Positions 63,305 to 64,000 of a DNA stretch of 64,000 nucleotides are shown piece by piece. Source of the DNA: the human T2T-CHM13v2.0 reference genome, Homo sapiens; assembly GCF_009914755.1 (NCBI RefSeq), contig NC_060926.1. One strand, 5' to 3'. Position 1 is the stretch's first letter. Each line of letters starts with the position of its first letter. Below the pieces are notes generated by a model that saw only the letters and a program-made list of their open reading frames with translations, was not told where the DNA came from and ran no database searches. The position numbers were made by a program, and so were the translations under genes.

Positions 63305-64000
63305 TAGGTTGAGCATCCAAAGTTCAAAAATACAAAATGTAAAATGCTCCAAAAATACCATTTGACCCAGCAATCCCATTACTGCGTATATACCCAAAGG
63401 ATTATAAATCATGCTACTATAAAGATGCATGCACATGTATGTTTATTGCAGCACTATTTACAATAGCAAAGACTTTGAAACAACCCAAATGCCCATAAAT
63501 GATAGTCTGAATAAAGAAAATGTGGCACATATACACCATAGAATACTGTGCAGCCATAAAAAGAATGAGTTCATGTCCTTTGCCGGGACATGGATGAGGC
63601 TGGAAGCCATCATTCTCAGCAAACTAACATAGGAACAGAAATCCAAACACCACATGTTCTCTCTCATAAGTGGGAGTTGAACAATGAGAACACGTGGACA
63701 CAGGGAGGGGAACATCACACATCAGGGCCTGTCAGGGGGTGGGTGGGGGAGGGATAGCATCGGGAGAAATATCTAATGTAGATGACGGGTCGATGGGTGC
63801 AGCGAACCACAATGGCACATGTATACCTATGTAACAAACCTGCACATTCTGCACATGTATCCCAGAACTTAAAGTATAATAATAATAAAAAAATGCTCCA
63901 AATTCTAAAACTTCCAGGTAAAAAGTTCCACATCTGAACCCATGCAATGGTTCACAGTCAAAAATTCAGTCAAATTTTGTTCCGTGCACAAAATTATTAA
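63305..64000. mobile_element. Tigger4 (Zombi/MER46)-like DNA transposon, split by an L1 insertion
   Basis: ta-ggttgagcatcc TIR; aaatgctccaaa; ttccacatctga..catg..atgg.tcacagtcaaaa. Confidence 0.7.
63354..63889 (+). mobile_element. L1PA7-like 5'-truncated 3' end
   Basis: TSD aaaatgctccaaa (63341-63353, 63890-63902); 3'UTR aatgtagatgacgggt.gatggg. Confidence 0.93.

Overview
Primate (human-like) gene-poor, AT-rich genomic DNA dominated by interspersed repeats. I find no recognisable cellular protein-coding exon, tRNA, rRNA or CRISPR array. All long ORFs derive from LINE-1, Alu or THE1. Contents: the 5' half of an L1PA3/4-type element (minus strand; ORF1 has a nonsense codon, ORF2 is open to the window edge); two 5'-inverted (twin-primed) L1s of very different age; many older L1/L2/MIR fragments; ten Alus; a full-length THE1 provirus with TSDs; MaLR/ERVL solo LTRs; and Tigger3, Tigger4, MADE1 and hAT relics. 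Subfamily names are from memory of consensus sequences, and old-repeat boundaries are approximate. The best candidates for something undescribed are: a 32-nt multi-template repair scar that copied 20 nt from a neighbouring Alu (61.9 kb); a repeat-free TGACA-dense candidate enhancer (39.6-41 kb); a chain of plus-strand candidate non-coding exons, possibly fed by the L1 antisense promoter, including a hypothetical in-frame ORF0 fusion; and a pre-miRNA-sized hairpin in unique DNA (23.3 kb). None is demonstrated by sequence alone.
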